From the NCBI GenBank assembly GCA_051294905.1, contig CM119371.1:14510001-14574000 (forward strand): a stretch of DNA of 64,000 nt. Reading direction: 5' to 3'. The DNA comes from Botryllus schlosseri (taxonomy: Eukaryota). A program made the translations under genes and the position numbers. This document shows, piece after piece, positions 51,601-61,199 of the stretch. Under the pieces are notes generated by a model that had not been told where the DNA came from, ran no database searches, and saw nothing but the letters and a program-made list of their open reading frames with translations. Numbering within the stretch: position 1 is the first letter of the stretch; each line of letters begins with the position of its first letter.

Positions 51601-54600
51601 ACTCACTGGCGCGGTCCCTCGGAAAACAGTGCGTAACGACAGAAAAAAAGGTCATCACTTCGGCTTTCTTGTGCGCGGGATACGTTTTTCTGTGCGCGGA
51701 GACTTCGTCAGCAGTGCGCGGCCGCGCACGCGCGCAGCTTAAAGGGAACATTGCCAGGTGGGCGCAAAAAAGTTGTAGACTCCACCTATTAGATACATAT
51801 GCGTAATTCTTGGTTCATCTGACTCATATACACCCATTGGGATGGATGTGAAAGCAAAATTTGTTACCAGAAAGTGGCGATGGCCTGGTTCTCACCAGGT
51901 TAGTTTGATAGTCAGGTAAATACAGTTCTTTTTTATCCGTGCTTTTATATTGCGATGTCTTTTCAGGAGCTCTGCTTCGTTATTCTCTTCGGAATGGCGG
52001 TTACTTTTTTGAACTTTATCGCCATGGCAGCCTCGCCGACTATCGGCTCGTGTGTAGCATCACGGGCAATTTTAAGCATAGGACCAACGTATATATACGC
52101 CGGTTTGCTGACGAAGACAGCACGAATTGTAATTATTTTTCGATCGCGCTCACGTCTGTCTAAAAAGGTAATGTACCATTCATTTTGAAATCCTGTGGTA
52201 TCGGAGGTATAATGTCCAAGCCTGGTATGATCCAACTTTGTCAATCATTGGAAATCCCACACAGAGCTTGCGATGTTGGGTCTAGATATGGTCATGGGCA
52301 TCTGGTTCTTCAAATATACTGGGAGCACCATGCTACCAAAATGTTTTAGGTAATGTAATAATTGTGTAATGTTGTAATGATCGAACGCCCAATAACAACG
52401 AAAAGCTGTTATTGTTGTTGTTTGTGGTATTTATGGTGTCTTCCGATTCAGATTCATGTTCTTTATTGTTCCGTATCTGCCGAATTGTAGCACGGCCAAC
52501 TTTTCGGCATTTTAAGCCGCCGCTTAGGCGCATTAGATGTCGGTGACTAGCCTAGATATACCTCCAACACTCAGATAGGAATTCTGAAGTCGATCCCGGT
52601 CGTACTCGAACCCGCAACCTTCTGATGTTGCAACGTTGGATCATACCATCACTCTATCTCGCCGCAACAACGGAAAGTCGCCTCTGCTGCCAGTGGAATT
52701 TCAAAGTTGTAATTTTAAAACTAAGTCAAGATATATCTGATAATTTCATGAATATCCATCCCGAACAGAGTGGAGACAAAGTTCTTTTTAAATCGCTACT
52801 AGTTCCTAACGATTACCTCTGACGAGTATACCAGCTGGTAATAGTCGGCTCCACTTCAATGTTAAGATATTATTTAATTATATGTCGAAGTAGTGTACTG
52901 CAAGGAGCCTCTTCAAAATTAACGTTGAAACTCTTGAAATTACACTGCCCTCACGAGGACGTTGCATAGAATGTGATATTTATAAATATATTAGTCCTTT
53001 CGTGAAATATTTTTCTAATCTCTTTGAATGCTGTGATTCTAATGTGTAGAAAACGTATTACAACATAACGCTGCTCGACGTACAGACTTTGTGTCTTCAT
53101 TCTTGTTGCAGATGAAGATGTACCTTCAGCCGCATTATCAAATCGCCTGCACATCAGCACTGGTTGTGGTACAAGTTCTCGTACTGTCGATATGGCTCAT
53201 CCTCAAACCACCCGCAATCGACATTCACTATCCTCCAAACGAGGTCGTGTATCGCGGTTGCGCCTATCTTGTCGATCTCCAAATCTTACTGGCATTGATC
53301 TACCCGTTTCTTCTAATCATCACTTGCACCACATTGGCGACTCTCAACAGGAACATTCCGACCGAGTTTAACGAGACGAAATACATAGGTGAGTTCCTAC
53401 ATTCTCGTTTATTATAGTTTCCCGTTCGATTCAATCCAGACGATACGAGTCAATTTCAGATTAATTCGTAGATAGTCAGCGTTGCTAATTAGTAAGACAA
53501 TTTTCTTAGACCTAAAAACGGAATGTTTTGATCTAGAAAATCAAAATTGTCACATTTTTACCTTAAAACACTTAATTTTGACCACGTAATGTTAGAATTG
53601 TACCTCTTAACGTCATTTCTGGTTCGAACTGTCTGTCCTTACGAAGTCTTTCGGCCTGAAAAAACCTTTTTGACTCAAAAGCTGACAAATTAATAAAAAG
53701 AAACTTTATTTCAACGAACTCTGGCCCTATGATGAACTTCAGTGGCTACATCACGTATTATGGTAGAAGTAATTAAAATCTGTTGTAGTACAACGAAAGA
53801 TACTTTCCTACATTCTTGGGTAAAAAGTGTCTGTCCTTACTTAGTAGCTTGTCTAGAATGGAGAAAGTAGCAGTTGTTGGTTGACAACACTGAAGTTGTG
53901 CGTGCGTGCACTGCTGGTGACACACCGTGTTGCTTCATTCTGACAATTGTGTCTATATAACAATTTTTTTTAATGCGATTCTTGATATAAGAACCATTCA
54001 ATGCCCAAGAAGTTTTGCTTCAGTGAGGATTTTGCGGTAAGCTGTAAAATGTCTAATGATAAGTTCCCCGACAGTGCAAAATCTACGATACAAACGAAAT
54101 GCAGGTTGTAGAAAAATTTTGACTTCGTTTACAATTTCGACATTTTTTGACCTAACGCTACAATTTTCCACCCAAATTTCACTTTTTTGACATATCAAAA
54201 AATATTACCCTACTAATTAGGCAAGAGTAAGAAATGCAGTCGTACTCAATAAGAAGTAGCTGTAGCGAATAGGGATTTCCGAGACATGTCAAAATTATTG
54301 GAAATTGGAAAACAAAAGGCAAAAAAAAGTACACTCAAGAAACTAGTTTTAAAAGGTAGATTTAGTCGATTTGTCGTATACTTTTACCAGTTAATCTGAG
54401 ATTTAGCTATACTTTCAAAATTACGTAACGGTAGTTACACCCACGGACACGAGCATTCTATCACGGGTTTAAATGACTTTGGTTGACATATTATTAGGCA
54501 AAGATCTGCTATACATAGTTTTTCATCGCTACTATTCGCGAGTTCATTAAAATCATTCATGTCTCTCAATTTCTAGGTTTCTCAATGTACGCGACGTGCG

Positions 54601-55857
54601 TTATTTGGTTGGCATTCCTACCAATATTCGTCACGAACACAAAAGATATCAGCCAACGGGTATTATATATGTTGAAATATTACCGCGAAATACCAGCGCG
54701 AATTATATTCGTTCGTCAAGGTTATGACAACATCGATTTGTATGAGTCTGAGCGCAGCTACAGTGTTGGTGTGCCTGTTCGGACCCAAGTGCTTTAAAAT
54801 CGTATATCGTCCCTGGACGAACCAGCCCAGCTCCGTTATGACTTCAAGGTTAGATTACATTTATAGTTGTACTGATTTCATCGCATAGTTGAATGTGAGA
54901 CTAATACTTTCTCATGCATTAAACGAGGTTCTCGGTGAATCGCAAATATTGTCAATTTCCGGTCCTGAATGTTATGACGTGTTGAAATTGGGGTTGCGCA
55001 GGAATGACCACGTCTGGACAGAATTCATTACTCTGTGATCAGCTCCTGAATATTTTAGACAAAATTATTGTACAAAATGATCTCAGAATTTGGACTAGGA
55101 TTCTACAGTGCCTATTTATGGTCACATGAAGTAACCATCTATAGGACCAAATATAATGGCCATATACAAGCCGCTGGCTCAACGGAATACAAAATATTAT
55201 AAAAACGAACATTTTTTTGAATGAACCATGAGGATAAGTGATCCTTACCTATATCTATGCTTGCGTTTTAATATTCACATGAATATGTGTGTGTGTGTAT
55301 GTGTGTTATGACGAAATGGACAGAATAAAGCTATAAGAATCTTTCAGAAATCCGACCAAGTTTACCTTTTGATATTTCACTCTAGAACAGTGTCAAAGAT
55401 GCGGCAATAACATTCTCGGATTGAATTGCATGCCCTACGTTTACCCGGTCCAAACCAGAATGCGAATGGTTGTGATATTTCGTAGGACGAGAGTGATTGG
55501 CAATCGTTCCTATTTGCATCAATATTCACGTTTATGAAGCAAAATTGATGCACAGATGTAGGGATCTAAATTATTTCGGTTCACGTCCTGCTCGACAAAA
55601 CAGCGGGACTCATTTCATGACGGAACTCAAAATCCGAAACATAGATCTATTATAGTAATGGTGAACTTGCAGAAATATTCCCCACTCAGTTTATAAGATA
55701 CGACATAATTATGACCACATTCCGTTGCTAATCTTCTTTTCCGAACGACTGGTTACGTTATGCTATCCGTATATATCCGTACCATTATAGAACTGAAACA
55801 CATGGACGTAAAACCACTGCGCGGACTCCAAGTAGTACAGAAACAACAATGATGTGA
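12593..55857 (+). CDS. Metabotropic glutamate receptor-like class C GPCR, 22 exons, about 865 aa (signal peptide, Venus flytrap, cysteine-rich domain, 7TM)
   Basis: Hand-spliced exons, all GT-AG and phase-consistent except exon 14: 12593-12641, 13219-13253, 14212-14373, 16151-16240, 16540-16630, 16731-16804, 19120-19206, 22912-23005, 23587-23709, 24979-25137, 25196-25324, 25905-25984, 29569-29731, 30018-30163, 31252-31352, 31429-31556, 48531-48663, 51967-52167, 53112-53388, 54577-54659, 54721-54848, 55791-55857 (last exon tentative). mGluR motifs occur in the expected order: [110 protein letters not shown], FGPK. Confidence 0.95.
13219..13253 (+). CDS. mGluR-like exon 2
   Basis: cccacag|(G)IIDGGTTQSVK|gtgagt; phases link exon 1 to exon 3. 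Confidence 0.65.
13801..14198. mobile_element. hAT-like MITE (GGGTTACCATA family)
   Basis: GGGTTACCATA...TATGGTAACCCTA; AGGACA subterminal repeats; homologous to 25610-25882 in the opposite orientation. Confidence 0.75.
14212..14373 (+). CDS. mGluR-like exon 3
   Basis: [54 protein letters not shown]. Confidence 0.93.
14460..15389. mobile_element. hAT MITE (TAGGGATGG family)
   Basis: TAGGGATGGTGCGAAC...GTTCACGCCATCCCTA; colinear with 40361-44524 once the latter's insert is removed. Confidence 0.85.
16151..16240 (+). CDS. mGluR-like exon 4
   Basis: [30 protein letters not shown]; gcag| and |gtaaga. Confidence 0.95.
16540..16630 (+). CDS. mGluR-like exon 5
   Basis: LISNIIPHVSDEDAQCSHLQTDELSRPLVA(G); its Cys lies in the loop that carries the inter-protomer Cys in mGluRs. 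Confidence 0.85.
16731..16804 (+). CDS. mGluR-like exon 6
   Basis: (G)[24 protein letters not shown]. Confidence 0.95.
16996..17547. mobile_element. hAT MITE, GACTCGAGTC-rich family
   Basis: CAGGGTTGTCACC...GGTGACCCTG; TSD GGGTGAGT/GGTTGAGT; inverted homologue of 60553-61108. Confidence 0.85.
17754..18248. mobile_element. hAT (Charlie-type) MITE
   Basis: CAGTGGTTCCCAACC...GGTTGGGGACCATTA; TSD GTATGGTA/GTATAGTA. Confidence 0.75.
19120..19206 (+). CDS. mGluR-like exon 7
   Basis: VSYWSSSSELSNKERYKYFFRVVPPDDKQ. Confidence 0.95.
19514..20447. mobile_element. hAT Charlie-type MITE nested in the P element
   Basis: CAGGGGTGGGCAAACT...AGTTTGCCCACCCCTG; TSD AGCTAGAC. Confidence 0.92.
19968..20269. 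mobile_element. hAT MITE nested in the 19514-20447 MITE
   Basis: CAGTGGTTCTCAAAC...GTTTGAGAACCACTG; TSD CGTTAGAA/CCTTAGAA. Confidence 0.88.
20865..22221 (+). pseudogene. THAP-domain P-element transposase, frameshifted
   Basis: MINKCCVYGC...W...R..W.P..NSVICELHF (THAP); HLVKSIRNNLL; APKLT..LHP.NNKQNI.LA; FQSDPIERRFSRYRQMSG; YVVAGY.AKK; multiple stops and frameshifts. Confidence 0.92.
22912..23005 (+). CDS. mGluR-like exon 8
   Basis: AKAIVAFVKERGWTYISIVYDDETYGINGFH. Confidence 0.95.
23587..23709 (+). CDS. mGluR-like exon 9
   Basis: (E)VRDQARAEGICIGTFQAIPRTPTKQYLRNIVKNLLHQKSK. Confidence 0.92.
23890..24083 (-). mobile_element. tRNA-derived SINE
   Basis: Head GGGAAGATAGCGTGATGG...GGTTCGATTCC; body shared with 28616-28945. 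Confidence 0.75.
24979..25137 (+). CDS. mGluR-like exon 10
   Basis: (V)VVLFTNAVSASRVMLAAQEFGDVANELLWIGSDAWTNGIPTARDSFNDEILH. Confidence 0.95.
25196..25324 (+). CDS. mGluR-like exon 11
   Basis: GAVGFQPAAKELEAFPSYFLNLTLSNSSNPWFSEYLEHILCTV; follows a 58-nt intron. Confidence 0.92.
25610..25882. mobile_element. hAT-like MITE (TAGGGTCACCATA family)
   Basis: TAGGGTCACCATA...TATGGTAACCCTA; TSD ACTACGGT/ACTAATGT (6 of 8 match). Confidence 0.78.
25905..25984 (+). CDS. mGluR-like exon 12
   Basis: (G)NDASESECDLNQKVDPNLFHNNPRMQ|gtaagt. Confidence 0.85.
26707..27457 (-). mobile_element. Internally deleted hAT-related element with transposase C-terminal remnant
   Basis: TAGGGCCATTT...AAATGGCCCTA; TSD GTAATGAC; minus-strand LQKCQPTSASVERSFSLLK/ILRPNRNF near 26925-27010. 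Confidence 0.88.
28616..28945 (-). mobile_element. 5'-truncated SINE copy with (TTGA)n tail
   Basis: Shares CGCCGTAAGAA...GAGGAGCCCA.AATAACCT with 23970-24020; ATCA repeat tail. Confidence 0.7.
29569..29731 (+). CDS. mGluR-like exon 13
   Basis: QVGDSVLAIVHALDEYHNAACNGSRGMCPAISIQRGTNRLASMLIPILKNINFT; tandem CAGCAG acceptor. Confidence 0.93.
30018..30163 (+). CDS. mGluR-like exon 14 (apparent frameshift)
   Basis: NSNGHHVSFDENQDGMTIYHIFN in one frame, then YNADKTVPDGSLREKWTLVGQYKNK in another. The exon is 146 nt between two phase-1 introns. Confidence 0.88.
30224..31134. mobile_element. hAT MITE, GAGTC-rich
   Basis: CATTGATGGGAT...ATTCCAACACTG; TSD CTACACAC. Confidence 0.85.
31252..31352 (+). 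CDS. mGluR-like exon 15
   Basis: (A)IQLEKELNEKVYNTESVCSKPCGSGQAIVIQTE. Confidence 0.93.
31429..31556 (+). CDS. mGluR-like exon 16 (cysteine-rich domain)
   Basis: CCWHCEQCADNEFVSDNGTACTTCSPGHKPNSEKTGCHPLVI. Confidence 0.95.
33843..34567. mobile_element. hAT Charlie-type MITE in the Polinton left arm
   Basis: CAGGGCCGGCCAACC...GGTTGGCCGGCCCTG; TSD CACTACAA; the empty site is visible in the right arm near 45985. Confidence 0.93.
37032..38288. mobile_element. hAT Charlie-type MITE (nest level 4)
   Basis: CAGGGGTGTCAAAC...GTTTGACATCCCTG; TSD (G)CCTAGTT. Confidence 0.88.
37334..38076. mobile_element. hAT Charlie-type MITE (nest level 5)
   Basis: CAGGGGTGGCCTACC...GGTTGGCCACCCCAG; TSD CTTTAGTC. 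Confidence 0.88.
38447..39800 (-). pseudogene. hATm-like transposase remnant
   Basis: FDTT (about 39566-39592), CRHH (about 39465-39498) and VN.AAER.VKL (about 38555-38590) motifs spread across frameshifted ORFs. Confidence 0.85.
40361..44524. mobile_element. hAT MITE (TAGGGATGG family) carrying an ISL2EU-like insert
   Basis: TAGGGATGGTGTGAAC...GTTCACACCATCCCTA; TSD TTCTTGGG. Confidence 0.92.
41203..44407 (-). mobile_element. Decayed PIF/Harbinger-ISL2EU-like transposon
   Basis: About 300-bp TIRs starting AATAGACACTTACGTGACCTTTGACAC. Minus strand has a THAP-like start MPDKHCANSLCN...VPFPEP at 43810 and a DDE_Tnp_4-like segment MAVKGFTI...LNIP...RIRIEQLIGRIK..KIL at 42470-42733. Confidence 0.85.
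48531..48663 (+). CDS. mGluR-like exon 17 (TM1)
   Basis: (M)[44 protein letters not shown]; phase 2 matches exon 16. Confidence 0.95.
50350..50583 (-). pseudogene. C-terminal fragment of an adenain-like (Polinton/adenoviral-type) cysteine protease
   Basis: PP....IVEFLG......RQQLQSKKSDMCADHCISYLIKRSQGFS....F......NDKIV..FV; Q-x6-C spacing matches the oxyanion Gln and catalytic Cys of adenain. Confidence 0.72.
50585..51030 (+). mobile_element. Partial copy of the composite MITE at 19514-20447
   Basis: Matches 19645-19690 and 20040-20392, including the inner MITE end CCACTG, the CCTTAGAA TSD and the outer MITE flank. Confidence 0.8.
51558..51753. mobile_element. Short hAT-like MITE (CAATGTTCCCT family); second left end at 49538
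   Basis: CAATATCCCCTCTAATTTTTC...AAAGGGAACATTG; the same left end occurs at 49538-49620. Confidence 0.7.
51967..52167 (+). CDS. mGluR-like exon 18 (TM2-3)
   Basis: ELCFVILFGMAVTFLNF...SCVASR...[24 protein letters not shown]. Confidence 0.95.
52408..52665 (-). mobile_element. tRNA-derived SINE
   Basis: Minus-strand B box GGGTTCGAGTAC, (AAC)n tail, and approximate CAACG.AAAG flanking duplication. Confidence 0.6.
53112..53388 (+). CDS. mGluR-like exon 19 (TM4-5)
   Basis: MKMYLQPHYQIAC...WLILKPP...YPFLLIITCT...RNIPTEFNETKYI(G). Confidence 0.95.
54577..54659 (+). CDS. mGluR-like exon 20 (TM6)
   Basis: [28 protein letters not shown]. Confidence 0.95.
54721..54848 (+). CDS. mGluR-like exon 21 (TM7)
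   Basis: VMTTSICMSLSAATVLVCLFGPKCFKIVYRPWTNQPSSVMTS; follows a 61-nt intron. Confidence 0.93.
55791..55857 (+). CDS. Candidate terminal coding exon 22
   Basis: Phase-2 compatible (R)TETHGRKTTARTPSSTETTMM*, S/T-rich with a PDZ-like T-x-hydrophobic end. Other acceptors in 55.0-55.5 kb are also possible. Confidence 0.4.
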
Positions 55858-58436
55858 GACACAGGTACGTCAATCTTATATCATATTCATTATACATTTG
55901 TTTTATCAGTTAAAATACGTATGATTCATATGATTTGCAACAGATGATGATTCGCTTGGCTGTTTGTACGGTCGATACGCCTTGGATTCGAATTTGACGG
56001 TGTCATCATTGATTACCTTCCAGGAGACCGAAATGAAACAATGATTTTCATTTTGAGTTGTGCGCAAACTGTGCTGACGTGCAGAGGTAGTCAGCAACGA
56101 AGTGCTTCGTCTTGATCAGACTATACTCAAGTAGAACTTGTCTACTTGTCCGACGGACTCAATTGGCTATTCTTTTAAATTAGTTCAATTTATAGCCTAC
56201 TCGACAGTATTTTTTGGCGTAACTACTACTTTACTTTTGAAATGCAGCAGTTTTGGATTAAGTTTTTATCATTTGATAAGTGAAATTGCCGTAAGAACCA
56301 CATTAAATAGCATCTTTATAACGGTATCTGAATATATTTACCCAAAATTTCAGTTATTTGCAGTAACATTAGACGTTTTAAGTTAATCGCTAAAGTACAT
56401 CTTGCACTGTTGAAAGTAGCCGCCTCCGATCCTATGCTGAAAGTACTCGATCCTGCTACTTACTTGAGCAAATAATTTTTATAGCTTCATTTTCCACTTG
56501 AAGTAGTTTAACGAAATCGCTGTTTCTAATTGATGTACCCCGTTACTTTTACTTCTACTTGTGTACCAACGATAAGTATACTTTAAACACCATATCATTA
56601 TGTGACGATGGCTCGAACCAAGTTTTATATTCTCGATTCCGTCCACGCCTCGTGTAAAGAGATATATCACCTATAAATTCAATTTATTCTTCCCTTATGG
56701 TGATTTTTTCCGAATCAATTTGCGACGCAAACATTGAACGAATCTTTTGACGTGTTCTCATTACTAAGTCAATTTCTTGGGAGATTAACTTCGCCGAGTT
56801 GTTTCGAGTGCCTTCGATCGTACGTTGTATAGCTGTTTTATGCGTTCGAGCAGAACAGAATATGATGGAACGGACCAATGAGACAGAGGACACATCAGCG
56901 AGGGTTTTCCAAGCTTCTGATCAAGACAGTCACTGACATCACATTCACCCAGGGATACGAAACGATCATAGCGATCCACACGTGCTTCATTTCAACTGGA
57001 CTCAGTTTTTCCGACTTTCTGAACGCCTATTGCCCATTGCACAGTGATGACTATGAATTTTCTTCCGTGTATAACCATTCTACATTATCCACGAAATCGC
57101 CTGTACTATGTACGAAATACTTACACCGCTTAAATGTTTTGTTTTTCTTGAATATTTCAATTTGGTTTAACATCAAACACGATAGGCCTACCCATGTCGC
57201 CGTTTTTGTTGATGTCTTGGTATGATCCCTTTGGTAATGTTATTTTCACTTTAATTGGAAACCCAATAATCTCTACCTCCCTCCCTCTCTCTCTCCCTCT
57301 CTCTGTCTGTCTCTCGTGTGTGTGTCTTTGATGGTTTACATGAGATCTGTAGACGTTTAGACAGGTATATGGTTCAGTGCATTATATCCAGGGCTTTGGA
57401 GCTGGGGCTAGGAGCCGGAGCCCCGGAGCCGTGTATTTTCAGCGGAACCGGAGCTCTACATAAAATTCCAGAGGAGCCGGAGCTGGAGCTGGAGCCGTTT
57501 CTATGACAAATAGCTCAGGCTATGATGTATTTCATAAGATGCTATGGTTTTACTGATGACTGAATTCCCATAATTTTGCGATGATCGTTCAAAAAATTAA
57601 GAATTGTGCCTCGTTGGCACCACCTTTTCTACCTAACCAGTAAACATGTTTATACATAGGCGCCAAATCTGGGTAGGCTTGATATGCCGTGCTTACTTCG
57701 TATTTGTTGTATTATAAGTATACCCTCAAATTCGTAATCAGCACAACACCGATTGTCAATCAAAAATAAAGGATACCGGCCTGATGTAAAATGAACAATG
57801 TAGTCGAAACACCATGAATATATAAAAAGCCCAGATTGCTATTACAGTCCGCATATCCTACAATCGCCGCGATGCGCTAATCAATGCGCTGCACTGATGT
57901 TTAATAAGAGGGCAATTAGTGATTGGATGCGCGCTTTCCAATATCATCAAATTTGGGTATTCATTCTTGTCTGCGTGATACATTCCTATTCTTGAATTGT
58001 CGCGCAATGTCACTTGCGAGCTTGCATTATGATTGGTTACTGACTTGTACAGTGCACGACGTTGAATTCAGTTCTCAAATATTGATACCCCACCAGATTG
58101 TCAATGTCACTAATTTCGAGTTTATTCGATTCGTTTGAAGGGCAACCTTCTATAATCCACTAAACTTCATCGACGACGGACGGACTGGTAACGAGAGCAC
58201 AAATATCTAATTTGAAGCCATTTGGTAGATTTGGTTAAAAGTGAATTTCTGTTGATAAGATCGCGACATGCGCTCATTTCTGCAGTTACATCTGAACAAA
58301 TCGCCCCATTTTATGATTAAATTGGACTGTATGGGGCTTGGTATTAACGAGTGCGGTACCGGCACTAAAACATCACGTTACTGTTTTAATGTTGTATGAT
58401 GTGTACAATGTACGATGTACAATTGTACGTACATGA

Positions 58437-58860
58437 AGAGACTCTTTGGGGTACAGAACTTTAATATACATTTTAATAATATATTCATAATAAAATATAT
58501 TAAAACCCGAAGCTTTTCGAGCTGACACTTTTCAAGGGCAATCGTCAGCATATGGAGGATTTCAAAAACATGCATCTAGCTACATTGCAAACAACCAATT
58601 ATGACGTCATAGAAACAAACAACATGAAATACAGGCAAACCGCGAGCACAGCTAGTGGCCAATTTTTAGATTCACTAAAAATTCCTTCTGCTGACACAAG
58701 CGCGGTCGGTGGATTTTAATATAAGTCGATTCCAGTGCAGACAGATGGAAATTAGTGCGGCCTCTGCCTAATATAGAAAATCTTTCATCGCGATAGTTTT
58801 TAGCGCAAGTTGCATTCTCAGCCAAATGCTTGCCGATGGCAGAGTTCATGGCCATGGCCT
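58437..58860 (-). mobile_element. Penelope-like retroelement 3' fragment (GIY-YIG C-terminus plus pseudo-LTR)
   Basis: SAIGKHLAEN..C...Y....FSILGRGR..FHL.ALES.YI....P.LC.QKEF, followed by a hammerhead-like motif. Confidence 0.85.
58506..58538 (-). ncRNA. Minimal hammerhead-ribozyme-like motif (variant core)
   Basis: CCC TTGAAA AG-TGTCAG-CT C GAAA AGCT TC GGG, in a Penelope pLTR position. Confidence 0.55.
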
Positions 58861-60552
58861 GATTACGTTCTAGTAATCGCAGATCAGTACATGCAATCGC
58901 ATGTAGCAAATTGCGCTATCGTATGGATATGACGTCATCGACAAACGACACAAAGTAAATTACACGCCACAGGACTTTGCATACCCTCACAAAATGATGG
59001 TTCCTTGCGACGGAGCTTGGAGCCCGAGCTAATTCATCATAGAAGAGAGCTCCAGTTTGAAATTTACGACTGCTCCAAAGCCCTGAATATCCACCAGGCT
59101 CTTGCGTAATCGCTTGGTTGATTCCAATCGGATTGATTCTAGAGACACTTATTTGGTAGTGTATCATCGCCAACCAGACTGAACGCCTAATAGCCCTTCA
59201 TTTGAAGTCTACCATAATTATGCATAGCTGCCACTGTCCAAACCGTATTGTTATGCAGGGACAGTATTCCGTGAGATTAACGTGATTTAGGAGATTATTC
59301 ACTGTTTCGTGAATCCCGGAACAACAGCATGCATCAGGCTATTTTCCTGTTAATTTGAACGACATGTGAGTTCGTGTGTCGCTTCAGTGACGCAACCAGC
59401 GGGTTGATTTCCACATAGCCGAACACTATACCTACGTGAATAGTTATTCTACGTTTTCGTGAGATGGTCCTATACAACTGCAGCACGGCACAGGAATGTG
59501 CTATGAAATTCATGTGAGGGATAGTTCAAGATAAAATATTCAACAGTCTCAGGTTCATTGCAGGAGCTACATTGTCGTGATGGTGTGATTCCAATACTAA
59601 ACAAGTGCGCGCTTAGTACGCGAAGGGATTAAGGGAAAGTTTGAAATGAGAGCCTTTTCTTCTTCGAGGTAAAGCTGGTTCCAGATTTGCATGCAATATT
59701 TGAGTAGGGGTGACTTTCTTCGCTTCAGGTCTTGCCAAGAATCATCCTAATAAACACTTGAGGGTTCCATCATATGGCAGGTATCAACCCATAAGTGTCA
59801 ATCCGACATGCCATTACTTCCATGTAATGACGGCTATTAGTCAGACATGCAATGTCCCTTTATTAATGATCTACGTAACGCGCATTATGACTGGAAATTA
59901 AATCATCATTTTAATCACCAGAGTGACAGCACTGAACGAATAGCTACATTTACAAAAAAATATAGTTCGGCCGGCGTAAGTAATGAAACAAATGGAAGGT
60001 ATATCCAGTGATTCCCAATCGCGGCTGTCAAAGCTGCAGGCGGCTCCAAGGTAGACTTCTTGCGGCTCTGATTGACCTCTAAATATGTCACAAAAATATA
60101 ATAGAAGATAGTTGTTGTTTGTTTCTATGACTATTAATAGTCAAATTCTGTATATGAATGCTAAAATGTGGGATATTGTTACGTGTAAAGCCGTCCAAGG
60201 CCGCTTCTCAGAACCGGGGAAGACAATTCTTGCACACCACCGTCAAACGCATGGACGAATGAATACCCGTCAGAAAAGGATATATCTTGAATGAATATTG
60301 AGGAACATAGACCTTTATATATCGTCTCAGTGAAGAGTAAATTTGGACGCAGTTTTACTAACATCAAAATAACGACTCCTAGTCAAACATAAATTGCAAT
60401 AAGTCCAATATCACTCAGCGTATAACCCCATGCAAACTGCATGGTGCGTTAAATGCTTGAATGTATGAAGAGCTATAACATAAAGACATTATAGTATGTT
60501 ATAGTAGTGATATGCATTTTCGGTTTATTTAAATGTATAGCACTCCATAATA

Positions 60553-61108
60553 CAGGGTTGTAATGACTCGAGTCACGATTTTCGGATGACTCGACTCGAC
60601 TCGACTCATTTTATCAAAATACGGAAATGACTCGACTCGACTCGAGTCAATCTGTGTATTGACTCGACTTGGACTCGAGTCATTGCGCATGACTCGAAGC
60701 AAGTCATTGACTCGAGATTCTGACGGCGAAGACCGACATTTCATTGTAATTTCAAAGCCAACACACTATTGGGATTTCGTTTGTTGGTACTGGTGCTTAA
60801 AAATGCGACCAGAAACTGCTAATAGTTAGGAAAATTGATATATTATAAATGTGAACCATTCAATATCACCAAACAGAGTTAAAAAAGTGGGTTTAGGAAG
60901 ATATTAACTGGAAATTGAGCAGTCAACACAATGACTTGGACTCGGACTCGAGTCATAATACCATGACTCGGACTCGATCCTCTGTTCGCTGACTTGGACT
61001 CGGACTTGACTCGGTGGGAATTGAAAATGACTCGACTTGACTCGAGTCAAAAATATAAAAGTGAGATTGACTTGTGACCCGGAGCCTTGTGACTTGGTTA
61101 CAACCTTG
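60553..61108. mobile_element. hAT MITE, GACTCGAGTC family
   Basis: CAGGGTTGTAA...TTACAACCTTG; TSD CCATAATA. Confidence 0.92.
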
Positions 61109-61199
61109 CCATAATATGTGCCTATCAATGCTAAAATAACCGATATAGAATCTATAGAGGTCTATGCGCAATTGCGCATGCTTTTGAATTAGCTGGATG

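Larger units (their letters stand above)
57389..59085. mobile_element. hAT-like MITE with GGAGC repeats containing a Penelope fragment
   Basis: CAGGGCTTTGGAGC...GCTCCAAAGCCCTG. Confidence 0.8.
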
